Shown: one piece after another, positions 40,381 to 48,681 of the stretch
Layout: each line of letters opens with the position of its first letter
Numbering within the stretch: position 1 is the stretch's first letter
Source of the DNA: Bacillus subtilis subsp. subtilis str. 168
GTDB lineage: Bacteria; Bacillota; Bacilli; Bacillales; Bacillaceae
DNA length: 64,000 nucleotides
Direction of reading: 5' to 3'
Assembly (NCBI RefSeq): GCF_000009045.1
Contig: NC_000964.3
Coordinates: forward strand, 744,001 to 808,000
Notes under the pieces: model-generated
The model's input: the letters and a program-made list of their open reading frames with translations, nothing else
The model's database searches: none
Told to the model about the DNA's origin: nothing
Translations under genes and position numbers: made by a program

Positions 40381-41076
40381 ATGGGAAATTATTTAAGTGT
40401 TGCGGTAGAACTGGTCTGCGGTTTAGGCATTTTATTTATCATCTTAAAGCTTCTCGGGAAAACCCAATTTTCTCAAATTACGCCGTTTGACTTTATTTCT
40501 GCTTTAATTTTAGGTGAATTGGTCGGAAATGCCGTCTACGATCATGAAATCAAAATCAAAGAAATTATTTTTGCTTCGCTATTGTGGGGCGTGCTGATTT
40601 ATATTATTGAATTTATCACGCAAAAAATGAAATCATCGCGAAAGTTCTTGGAGGGCGAGCCGAATATCGTCATCCGCAAAGGGGAGCTTCAATATAAAGT
40701 AATGAAGAAAAATAAGATAGACATTAACCAGCTGCAAAGCCTATTGAGGCAAGCTGGGAGCTTTTCGATCCAAGAAGTAGAATATGCGATTCTTGAAACA
40801 AACGGGATGGTCAGCGTGCTTCCAAAATCAGACTTTGACAAACCGACAAATAAGGATTTGCAGATTCCTTCGAAGTCCGTTTCTCTGCCGATCACGTTAA
40901 TCATAGATGGAGAGATTGTGCGGGATAATTTGAAGGAAGCAGGTGTGGATGAACAGTGGCTGAAACAAGAATTGAAAAAGAAGAACATTGATAAGACAGA
41001 GGACGTGTTATTTGCAGAATGGCATAAAAATAAGCCGCTGTATACTGTAACGTACGAACAAAGCAGATCAACATGA
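40381..41076 (+). CDS. yetF: DUF421 membrane protein
   Basis: LGKTQFSQITPFDFI, LEGEPNIVI, AILETNGMVSV. Confidence 0.88.
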   Translation: MGNYLSVAVELVCGLGILFIILKLLGKTQFSQITPFDFISALILGELVGNAVYDHEIKIKEIIFASLLWGVLIYIIEFITQKMKSSRKFLEGEPNIVIRKGELQYKVMKKNKIDINQLQSLLRQAGSFSIQEVEYAILETNGMVSVLPKSDFDKPTNKDLQIPSKSVSLPITLIIDGEIVRDNLKEAGVDEQWLKQELKKKNIDKTEDVLFAEWHKNKPLYTVTYEQSRST

Positions 41077-41083
41077 CTCTTAG

Positions 41084-41114
41084 AAAAAAGCTTGCAGCAA
41101 GGCGCAAGCTTTTT
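41084..41114. terminator. Bidirectional terminator yetF/hmoA
   Basis: AAAAAAGCTTGC/GCAAGCTTTTT. Confidence 0.75.
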
Positions 41115-41439
41115 ATTGATTGTATGTCCCTTGTTTGACAGCACGTACATGGTACATGCTCACTTCAGTGCTGATCAGATAGTCAGGCTTTGGTTTGCCT
41201 TTGTTTGCTTTATGGCCGGCGATATGCGCATCGCTTTTTTCCCATTGCTTCCAGTGATCCTCTGATTCCCAGCGAATCATGACAACAACTTCTTCATCAC
41301 CGCGGCGCACATTTTTCTCAAGCACTGTCACATCAATTAAACCTTCTTGTTTTTCAATGATTCCTTCAGCGCTGAAACGTTCTATGACTTTATCTGCAAA
41401 GCCTTCTTTAACCGTCATTTTTCTCAACTGTACAAACAT
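41113..41439 (-). CDS. hmoA: Heme-degrading monooxygenase HmoA (ABM domain)
   Basis: ATG 41439 after GGAGTGA; RWESEDHWKQWEKSDAHIAGH. Confidence 0.9.
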   Translation of the reverse strand: MFVQLRKMTVKEGFADKVIERFSAEGIIEKQEGLIDVTVLEKNVRRGDEEVVVMIRWESEDHWKQWEKSDAHIAGHKANKGKPKPDYLISTEVSMYHVRAVKQGTYNQ

Positions 41440-41480
41440 TTGTCTCACTCCAATCATTCTCACATATGAATAATTGTAAA

Positions 41481-41495
41481 TGAAATTCATTCTCA
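41481..41495. promoter_or_regulatory. Fur-box-like site upstream of hmoA
   Basis: TGAAATT-C-ATTCTCA vs 7-1-7 TGATAATnATTATCA (3 mismatches); hmoA is a known Fur target. Confidence 0.55.
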
Positions 41496-41500
41496 ATGTC

Positions 41501-41536
41501 AAAGAAAGCGCAGGGCGGAATCGAACCGCCGTGCGC
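41501..41536 (-). terminator. Terminator after yetH
   Basis: GCGCACGGCGG-TTCGATT-CCGCCCTGCGC followed by TTTCTTT on the minus strand. Confidence 0.7.
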
Positions 41537-41542
41537 AACAGT

Positions 41543-41905
41543 TTATTCTTTTAATAAAAACACATTTCCGTCTTCGTCCTTAAATTGAACGAAGGTGCCC
41601 CACTCCATTTGATTGGGCTCACCGAGAAATTCTACACCGTTTGTCTTCATTTTCTCGTATGTACCAAAGATGTCTTCGCATTCAAACACAATAGAAGCCT
41701 TCATTTGCTCTGAGCCTTTCATCATGGCTTTCGGGTAAATGACTAAACGAGTCTCGGCTCCTTTTGGCGCAACCTCCAGCCAGCTTGCTTCAGGTCCCAT
41801 TGGGTGATCCGCTGCAATATCAAAGCCTACCTTCTCTGTCCAAAATTGCTTCGCTTTCTGCTGGTCCTCGACATATACAGCAACAGTGCCAATTTGTTTG
41901 ATCAT
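41543..41905 (-). CDS. yetH: VOC/glyoxalase family protein
   Basis: VAVYVEDQQKAKQFWTEKVGF; WGTFVQFKDEDGNVFLL. Confidence 0.9.
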   Translation of the reverse strand: MIKQIGTVAVYVEDQQKAKQFWTEKVGFDIAADHPMGPEASWLEVAPKGAETRLVIYPKAMMKGSEQMKASIVFECEDIFGTYEKMKTNGVEFLGEPNQMEWGTFVQFKDEDGNVFLLKE

Positions 41906-41964
41906 AGGGAAACCTCCAAGTTGAAAAGATAATAATACTATAACCTGTTTACGGCCGAAGTAAC

Positions 41965-41995
41965 ATAAAAAAATCAGCCGGGAAACCGGCTGATT
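41965..41995 (-). terminator. Terminator after the Gly/Pro-rich gene
   Basis: AATCAGCCGG/CCGGCTGATT stem followed by a T-run on the minus strand. Confidence 0.8.
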
Positions 41996-41996
41996 A

Positions 41997-42491
41997 TTAA
42001 AATGAGCAGCTTACAACATCGATGTGATTTGTGTCTAAGGCGAAATAAACCCAGCGGCGCCGTGAGGAATCCCAATAAAAGCCGCCGACGGATCTTCTGC
42101 CAAGGATGATCGGGTAAAACCAAAATGAGCGGCCATTGGTTAACCAGACATAGGTAAATCGGAAAAGGCAAGGACGAATGGTGATTGGTTCAACTAACAA
42201 AACGGCTCCTTGAGAACCCTGCGGTTTTGGGGGTTTCGCTGGTATTTGGGAAGGAGGAGGTCCCTGCGGCGCACCGCCGAAGCCTGGGCTGGCACCGCTG
42301 CCAATACCAGGGCCGGAGCCGCCGCCAAAGCCTGGAACAGCACCACCGCCAATGCCAGGACCGGAGCCGCCGCCAGAGCCCGGAACAGCGCCGCTGCCAA
42401 TGCCAGGCCATGGATATCGGTATTCATATTCAAAAGCAGGCCAAGGCTCATAAAAATGCCCCGCAAACATATAAGGATCAACATAATACAT
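41997..42491 (-). CDS. Gly/Pro-rich probable spore coat protein (164 aa)
   Basis: SD AGAAAGGA, SigK-type promoter, own terminator; Tyr-rich N-terminus, 16-aa Gly repeats, aromatic/Cys C-terminal domain CLFRFTYVWLTNGRSFWFYP. Confidence 0.8.
   Translation of the reverse strand: MYYVDPYMFAGHFYEPWPAFEYEYRYPWPGIGSGAVPGSGGGSGPGIGGGAVPGFGGGSGPGIGSGASPGFGGAPQGPPPSQIPAKPPKPQGSQGAVLLVEPITIRPCLFRFTYVWLTNGRSFWFYPIILGRRSVGGFYWDSSRRRWVYFALDTNHIDVVSCSF
42274..42407 (-). repeat. 48-bp coding tandem repeat, about 2.8 copies (GIGSGAVPGSGGGSGP)
   Basis: CCAAT(A/G)CCAGG recurs at 42301, 42349 and 42397. Confidence 0.85.
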
Positions 42492-42528
42492 GTGATAACG
42501 TCCTTTCTCATTGTAAACTGTACATTGC

Positions 42529-42556
42529 AGTTTATGCGGGCGGACTCTTATTGGTG
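42529..42556 (-). promoter_or_regulatory. SigK-type promoter
   Basis: Minus strand CACC-N16-CATAaacT, a full match to mACm-N16-CATAnnnT. Confidence 0.65.
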
Positions 42557-42688
42557 CATTCGCCTAAGGATATGAAGCTGGAATGCTCTCAGAGAGCAGA
42601 ATCATTTGATTTTTCTCTAGTCTTATTCACAATTCCGATTTATCATTTTATAATGAAAGTGCTTCTATTACGAAAAAGGAGACAGACC

Positions 42689-43560
42689 GTGAATATCGAT
42701 CAATTATTATATCAATATATCATAGACAACACTGCGGATATTACTGAGAAATGGTTCAGTTTGCGTTGCCAGCTAAAAGGCGAGCTATATTCCGCCAGCC
42801 ATTTAAGTGAAGAAACGAAAACACTTTTAACCGAGCAGCATACATTTACCAATATAACAATCGCAAGCGCATTTCTGGAGGATCAAACCGATTTTCAAGA
42901 AAACATGACAAAATGGGCGCAAAACGTTGCGAAAAACAGGGTAGAGCAGGATGTTCAAGTGCATGAGGTCGTAGAAGCCATATCCAATTCAAGAATCTCA
43001 TTCTGGGACGCAGTCGCCACATTTATAAAAGAGAATCAGGAGATTGTGACAAATGAGGATGCAGACCGATGGAACCGCATTGTGAATCAGTCGTTCGATA
43101 AGCTGATTATTGAATTCTCCGAGCAGTACCAAAAATTCATGCTGATGAGGCTTACATCTCAGCAGGAACTGATCTCAGAGCTTGGCTGCCCGGTCATTTC
43201 CATTGCCGATGGAATCGGGATATTGCCGCTTATCGGCTCCATTGATACAAAACGGCACAGGTCATTTTAGAAACAGTGCCGGTCCGCTGTGTCGAGAGAA
43301 AAATCACAAGCCTCGTCGTTGATCTTTCGGGTGTTCCGATTGTGGATACCATGGTGGCTCAGCAATTGTACAACCTGTCTAAAACACTTTTCTTATTAGG
43401 CGTCAAAGCCGTATTTTCAGGAATTCGCCCGGATGTGGCCCAAACATCGATTCAATTGGGGCTTGATTTTAGTGAATATGAAACGTACGGCACGCTGAAG
43501 CAGGCATTAGAAAACATGGGTGTCCGCTGTATTGTTGAGGAATTGGAAGAAAACAAATAG
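42689..43560 (+). pseudogene. yetI: RsbR paralog split by a 1-nt deletion: yetI (42689-43270) + yezB (43276-43560)
   Basis: GTG 42689 after AAAAGGAGA; PLIGSIDTKR then frameshift; adding one G after 43255 gives RAQVILETVPVRC...VDLSGVPIVDTMVAQQL (STAS) and a 290-aa ORF. Confidence 0.85.
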
Positions 43561-43569
43561 GAAGTTTCC

Positions 43570-43610
43570 AGGCATATGATTGTCCGTCACCGGGTGATCA
43601 TATGCCTTTT
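43570..43610 (+). terminator. Terminator after yezB
   Basis: AGGCATATGAT/ATCATATGCCT stem followed by a T-run. Confidence 0.65.
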
Positions 43611-43714
43611 TGATTTGAACAGAAATCACCATTGATTTATCGAAAAAAACATAATATTATAATTCTTATAAGAATACTGTGAATTAAAACCTATTCAACA
43701 GGGGGGAAGGTCTT

Positions 43715-43882
43715 TTGGTTTCTAAATCAACGATTGATCCGGAAGTGATTGAAAAAATCATCAGCTCGCTGGAAACACTCGATTTCGGCACGGTTCAGAT
43801 TACGGTTCATGATTCTCAGATTACCCAAATTGAGAAAATAGAAAAGCACCGTTTTTCGCTGAAAAGGAAAGAATCAAAATGA
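43715..43882 (+). CDS. yezD: YezD-family (DUF2292) small protein, 55 aa (not in ORF track)
   Basis: TTG after GGGGGAAGG; translated by hand MVSKSTIDPEVIEKIISSLETLDFGTVQITVHDSQITQIEKIEKHRFSLKRKESK. Confidence 0.85.
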   Translation: MVSKSTIDPEVIEKIISSLETLDFGTVQITVHDSQITQIEKIEKHRFSLKRKESK

Positions 43883-43991
43883 TAATGTAAAGGGCGTTTG
43901 TTTTCATTAAATTCTCCTTAAAACATATACATATTTCATCCAATTTTTATATAATAGACCTTTAAGATCATTTTTTAGGAGGATTTTTGAC

Positions 43992-44636
43992 ATGCAAGCT
44001 ACGGTTCACGAGAGTAAGCAATCGATCATGCAACGCATTTTGACAGTCTTTGTCTTCACATTGCTGATCGCGACTGTCGGCCTTTTTATCGGCCAATTTG
44101 TTCCTGTCGCTTTGATGCTGCCGCTTTCTATTCTTGAAGTGGCGATGATTATTCTGGCCTTCTGGATGCGCAGAAGAAAAGCGGTCGGGTATGCGTTTGT
44201 ATATACATTCGCGTTCGTTTCCGGCATTACCTTATTTCCGATCGTCAGCCATTACGCTTCCATCGCCGGCGCCTATGTCGTGCTCGAAGCCTTTGGCTCT
44301 ACATTTGTCATTTTTGCCGTCTTGGGCACAATCGGCGCAAAAATGAAGAAGGATTTATCCTTCCTGTGGTCGTTTCTGCTGGTTGCGGTGCTCGCACTCG
44401 CAGTGGTAGGGATTTTCAACATTTTCAGCCCGTTAAACTCAGCGGCGATGATGGCGTATTCCGTGATCGGAACCATCGTCTTTTCCCTTTACATTTTGTA
44501 TGATTTGAACCAAATCAAGCACCGCCACATTACGGAAGACTTGATTCCGGTTATGGCGTTATCGCTGTACCTAGACTTTATCAACTTGTTCATCAACCTG
44601 CTCCGCTTCTTCGGCATTTTGAGCAGTGATGATTAA
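43992..44636 (+). CDS. yetJ: TMBIM/Bax inhibitor-1 family pH-sensitive Ca2+ leak channel
   Basis: 7 TMs; LYDLNQI and LYLDFINLF di-aspartyl sensor. Confidence 0.93.
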   Translation: MQATVHESKQSIMQRILTVFVFTLLIATVGLFIGQFVPVALMLPLSILEVAMIILAFWMRRRKAVGYAFVYTFAFVSGITLFPIVSHYASIAGAYVVLEAFGSTFVIFAVLGTIGAKMKKDLSFLWSFLLVAVLALAVVGIFNIFSPLNSAAMMAYSVIGTIVFSLYILYDLNQIKHRHITEDLIPVMALSLYLDFINLFINLLRFFGILSSDD

Positions 44637-44701
44637 TGAAAAAGCGTCTGTCATTGGATAGGCGCTTTTTGCCATACATCAAAAAGGCAGGTGGAGTATT
44701 G

Positions 44702-45628
44702 GTGAAAAAACAAATGGGCGCATATGTATCTCTGGCAGCAGCTATGGCGATCGTCGGCAGTTCTGTCGTTGTCGGCAAGCTGATGGTCGAACGGATTCCG
44801 GTCTTTCTTTCCTCAGGATTGCGTTTTTTGATCGCTTCTGTCGTATTGCTCATGCTGCTGTTTTGCATTGAAAAAGGGTTTCCGGCTTTGACGAAAAAAG
44901 ATGTGTTCGTATTACTGGTGCAATCATTCACAGGCGTGTTTTTGTTCAGTATTTGCCTGCTGTATGGGGTTCAATATACGACGGGAACGGAAAGCGGCAT
45001 TTTGACAAGCACAACCCCCATGTTGATCGGTATTTTATCCTTTTTCCTGCTGAGAGAAAAAATTGAGAAAAAGACGCTGATCGGCATTTTGCTGGCGGTT
45101 TGCGGCGTAATGGCGATTAATTTGTTTGGAGCCGGGAGCCAAGACGGGACGCCGCACGCCTTATTCGGGAACATGCTGATCATTGCTGCAGTCATTGGCG
45201 AAGCGTTGTTTACATTGATGGCCAAGCTGCTATCCCCGCATATTTCGGCACTGGCGATTTCGACCTTCGTATCGCTCTTCGGCTTCCTGTTTTTTCTCCC
45301 GTTTGCTTTGTTTGAGGCCTCTTCATTTGATTACAGCGTGCCGACTGTTTTGGATTGGTCGTATGTGCTGTATTACGCGCTTTTTGTCACTGTTTTGGCG
45401 TTTTACTTATGGTATAGCGGGGTGACGAAGGTGCCGGCGGGTGTATCGGGCATTTTCACATCCGTTCTTCCGGTCTCAGCTGTCATTTTGTCAGGCGTGA
45501 TATTGAAGGAGCCATTTGAGTTTGTGCATTTCATCGGCATTGCATGTGTCATCGGCGGCATATTTGTTACGGTCATAAAGAAAAAACAGCCGGATGCGTA
45601 TCCGGCTGCAGAAGAAAAGACGCTATAG
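44702..45628 (+). CDS. yetK: EamA/DMT family transporter
   Basis: Two EamA repeats; GTG 44702 follows GGTGGAG. The ORF-track start at 44636 has no SD and overlaps a hairpin. Confidence 0.85.
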   Translation: MKKQMGAYVSLAAAMAIVGSSVVVGKLMVERIPVFLSSGLRFLIASVVLLMLLFCIEKGFPALTKKDVFVLLVQSFTGVFLFSICLLYGVQYTTGTESGILTSTTPMLIGILSFFLLREKIEKKTLIGILLAVCGVMAINLFGAGSQDGTPHALFGNMLIIAAVIGEALFTLMAKLLSPHISALAISTFVSLFGFLFFLPFALFEASSFDYSVPTVLDWSYVLYYALFVTVLAFYLWYSGVTKVPAGVSGIFTSVLPVSAVILSGVILKEPFEFVHFIGIACVIGGIFVTVIKKKQPDAYPAAEEKTL

Positions 45629-45652
45629 CCTGTCCGGATCGGACGGGTTTTT
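45629..45652. terminator. Terminator between yetK and yetL
   Basis: CCTGTCC/GGACGGG stem followed by a T-run. Confidence 0.6.
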
Positions 45653-46155
45653 TAGTCTTTAAACACGCTCAGCCTTTCAAAAAGATCACCAAGCATCTTC
45701 ACGAACATGTCTTTTTCCTCGTCGCTGTAGTTTTCCATGACAGCGGATATTTTGCTGAAATGGCCGGGCAGAAATTGCTCCAGGCGTGCTTTGCCTTCTG
45801 TTGTCAGTTCAATGCTGATTTTTCGTTTATCCTCTGTGTGATGCCTGCGGCTGACAAAACCGTCTCTCGCCAGCCCGTCTAGCAGGCCTGTAATTGTTGC
45901 TTTCGTGACATTTGACCGCTTGGCAAGCTCTGTCGGACTTAACCTATGATCCTTGGCATCAAAGAGCAGCATCAGGATTTTGAATTTTCCTTCTGAAAGC
46001 CCTCGGCCAGCAAAGTAATGCTCCATCACATGATTCATTTTTTTTGAAATATCAAAAAGAGATAAAAACAATTCAAGAGAGCCGGCGTCAATATTGGCAT
46101 ACGTTTCGGCGTGCTCTGTTATATGCTTATATTTCGGTAAATGTTTTAATTCCAT
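45652..46155 (-). CDS. yetL: MarR-family flavonoid-responsive repressor
   Basis: LSPTELAKRSNVTKATITGLLDGLARDGFV..DKRKISIELT. Confidence 0.92.
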   Translation of the reverse strand: MELKHLPKYKHITEHAETYANIDAGSLELFLSLFDISKKMNHVMEHYFAGRGLSEGKFKILMLLFDAKDHRLSPTELAKRSNVTKATITGLLDGLARDGFVSRRHHTEDKRKISIELTTEGKARLEQFLPGHFSKISAVMENYSDEEKDMFVKMLGDLFERLSVFKD

Positions 46156-46267
46156 CGCAATTAGCTCCCGTACATTCGTTGTGACACGATTATAAAGGAG
46201 GGAAAACCATAACGCAACTTGGCTTGGAGATGATTGACAGCTTTTCTTGGGACATAGTAAGGTAATA

Positions 46268-46285
46268 TAGTTAGGCGCCTAACTA
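46268..46285. promoter_or_regulatory. YetL operator palindrome
   Basis: Perfect 18-bp TAGTTAGGCGCCTAACTA between divergent yetL and yetM. Confidence 0.85.
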
Positions 46286-46317
46286 ATACATATAGAGCTG
46301 AAAAGGTGGTTATTGAT

Positions 46318-47427
46318 ATGAAACATATGTTAATAGCAGGAGGCGGAATCGGCGGCTTGTCAGCGGCCATTTCTCTCCGTAAGGCAGGGTTTTCCGTCAC
46401 CTTATGTGAAGCGGCTTCAGAAAATCGAAAAACAGGTGCGGGGATTCTTCAGCCGCAAAACGCACTGGCGGTGTTGAAAGAACTGGGCGTATTCGAAGAT
46501 TGCTGTAAGCACGGCTTTCAAACAGAATGGTTTAAAACGTTTGATGAACAGGGGAATTTGCTGTTTCAAGTCAGTGAATCCTTTTTAGACGATTCACTTC
46601 CGGGACGCAATAATATCCTGCGCAAAACGTTAAATGACATTCTCATGAAGCATGCCGAGGCAGTGGGTGTAGACATCAAGTGGGGGAAAAAGGTTGTCGC
46701 CTATGAAGAAACTGCTGAATCGGTCACTGCCTTATGTGAAGATGGAGAAAAGATGCAGGCTGACATTCTGGCGGGCTTTGACGGCATTCACTCCGTTGTT
46801 CGTGATAAGATGCTGCAAAAGGAAACGGAAAAAGAGCATCTCGGCATGGGAGCGTGGCGCTTTTATATCGAACTTCCTGATTACACATTCGAGGACGCAA
46901 CATTCATGTATAGAAGCGGAGACACACAAATCGGGGTGGTGCCATTGGCACAACACGCTGGCTATGTCTTCGTCCTCCAGCCTTGCACGAGCGATTACTG
47001 GGATGAGGAAGATACCCGGTTTGATAGAGTAAAAGAGATTCTTTCTGGTTTTCGGGGGCTGGATTTTGTCACAAAGCACATGTCAAAACAGCATCCTGTC
47101 ATCTTTAACAAACTGGAGCAGGTCGCCGTGCAGGAGCCATGGCATAAAGGCCGCGTCATCATCGGAGGAGACGCCGCCCACGCCGGTGCGCCAACCCTGG
47201 CACAAGGAGCGGCAATGGCGATCGAGGATGCCATCGTCCTCGCCGAAGAACTCCAAAACCACGCCGACCACGAAACAGCATTACAGGCGTACTATAAAAG
47301 AAGAGCCCCACGAGCGCTCAAAGTCCAGAACCTATCATCTGAAATCGTCCGCCGCAGGCTGAAAGGAGAGCCGGGAGCGGAAGAACTGATTGGGGAGTGC
47401 TATGCGGTGTTGAGGGAAGGGTATTAA
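46318..47427 (+). CDS. yetM: FAD-dependent monooxygenase
   Basis: GGGIGG, DG motif (AGFDGIHS), GDAAHAGAPTLAQGAAMAIEDA. Confidence 0.92.
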   Translation: MKHMLIAGGGIGGLSAAISLRKAGFSVTLCEAASENRKTGAGILQPQNALAVLKELGVFEDCCKHGFQTEWFKTFDEQGNLLFQVSESFLDDSLPGRNNILRKTLNDILMKHAEAVGVDIKWGKKVVAYEETAESVTALCEDGEKMQADILAGFDGIHSVVRDKMLQKETEKEHLGMGAWRFYIELPDYTFEDATFMYRSGDTQIGVVPLAQHAGYVFVLQPCTSDYWDEEDTRFDRVKEILSGFRGLDFVTKHMSKQHPVIFNKLEQVAVQEPWHKGRVIIGGDAAHAGAPTLAQGAAMAIEDAIVLAEELQNHADHETALQAYYKRRAPRALKVQNLSSEIVRRRLKGEPGAEELIGECYAVLREGY

Positions 47428-47432
47428 ATAGG

Positions 47433-47463
47433 AAAAGTCCAGAAAGTGATTTCTGGACTTTTT
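47433..47463. terminator. Bidirectional terminator yetM/yetN
   Basis: AAAAGTCCAGAAA/TTTCTGGACTTTT. Confidence 0.8.
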
Positions 47464-48532
47464 AGTCTTGCTCTGTTTTATTCCTTATCCGCTCAATCAC
47501 CTCATGCAGCCCCTCAGGCTTATAAAACTCCACCGGTGAACTGCCTTTCTCAAACGAAATCGTCTCGGCTTCAATCAGCGCGACATAGCGCCCGTTTACT
47601 TTTGCGAGATGAATAGAATCGCCAAAATCCGCTAGCAATCCCTTAATCTCTGTTTCTCCGACTTTCATTTTCAGCTGGGCCTCTGGCGTGTGCTCGATGA
47701 TTTGGGCGGAGGCTTCGATGACTTGATGGGTGTCGAGGCGCTCTTGGATTTCCCGTTTTTCGCTTGCTTCCCAAATCTCAATGTCGTGCTCGAACTGCTT
47801 GAGTTCTTCGCTGTTGTCTTCAAATGTCTCGTAGACGTGCTCTTGTACCATGTTCATGACCTGATTTTTCATGATTTCTGGCATCGATTCTCCGTACTCG
47901 ACGAATTTCAGAAAGTCCTCAAAATAGCGGGCGTGCGAGGCCTGGTGGATTTTCAGTTCACCTTCCTCGACCATTCCTTCCTCTGGCATGTACGGGTATT
48001 GGATGCTTTTCATGTTTTTTGTCGTGATCGCCATTTCGACTTTTTTAATGAGAGAAGACGCGTCAGAGATGCGGGCGACCTTCGGCTCAAAATCACATTT
48101 CATAATGAAGACAAATGACTCATCAAAGTATTTTCTCGGCACGGCCGAAGCGACGAGAAACACGCCGCCGCGAACCGCGCTTGTGTCAAGGTACGTGCGG
48201 ACGAACTGCTCGCTCAGCTCATTGAAGTCTTCTTTTGTTTCCGCCAGACGCGCGCGGTTGAACATGTTGTAGTTTGGGTTGGAATCGAGCTCGTGGCCGG
48301 GCTCGACGATAAAATGGCCGATTTTCGTCGGCACCTGCTCGGACTGCGGATGGCGGTCGGCTTTCCGTTTAACGATTTTTTTCAGTTCCCCGTCGAGAAA
48401 GTCCTTCAGCTCGCTTTCTTCAAATTCTCCCGTATCAAGGGTCTGGAAGTGCTTGAACTGCTTGTTCGCCTGCTCATCTTTGCCTTCCACCTGTATGACA
48501 TAAAAGGATAAAAACCGAATTTCAAAATCCAT
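47462..48532 (-). CDS. yetN: Conserved acidic protein of unknown function (DUF3900/DUF3898-like)
   Basis: Long ORF, ATG 48532 after AAGGTGA. Confidence 0.82.
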   Translation of the reverse strand: MDFEIRFLSFYVIQVEGKDEQANKQFKHFQTLDTGEFEESELKDFLDGELKKIVKRKADRHPQSEQVPTKIGHFIVEPGHELDSNPNYNMFNRARLAETKEDFNELSEQFVRTYLDTSAVRGGVFLVASAVPRKYFDESFVFIMKCDFEPKVARISDASSLIKKVEMAITTKNMKSIQYPYMPEEGMVEEGELKIHQASHARYFEDFLKFVEYGESMPEIMKNQVMNMVQEHVYETFEDNSEELKQFEHDIEIWEASEKREIQERLDTHQVIEASAQIIEHTPEAQLKMKVGETEIKGLLADFGDSIHLAKVNGRYVALIEAETISFEKGSSPVEFYKPEGLHEVIERIRNKTEQD

Positions 48533-48681
48533 ATATAAACTCACCTTATTCGCGTATTGTACAGCTTCTCAAGTATAGAAAAAACAGCGATCATGCGTCA
48601 ATTGGGAGAACGGAATAATCATGACCATGAAAGGGAAATGTAGTCAAATAGAAGGCATTTCATACGGAAAGGAATGGTTCG

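Noticed and set aside
41508-41536. tRNA gene
   Set aside because: Only a T-arm-like hairpin; no cloverleaf or CCA.
42274-42407. 48-bp periodic repeats as a possible CRISPR array
   Set aside because: No unique spacers, in-frame coding repeat, no cas genes.
42185-42688. 168-aa extension of yetI in the ORF track
   Set aside because: Antisense to the Gly-rich repeat gene; the real start is GTG 42689 with an SD.
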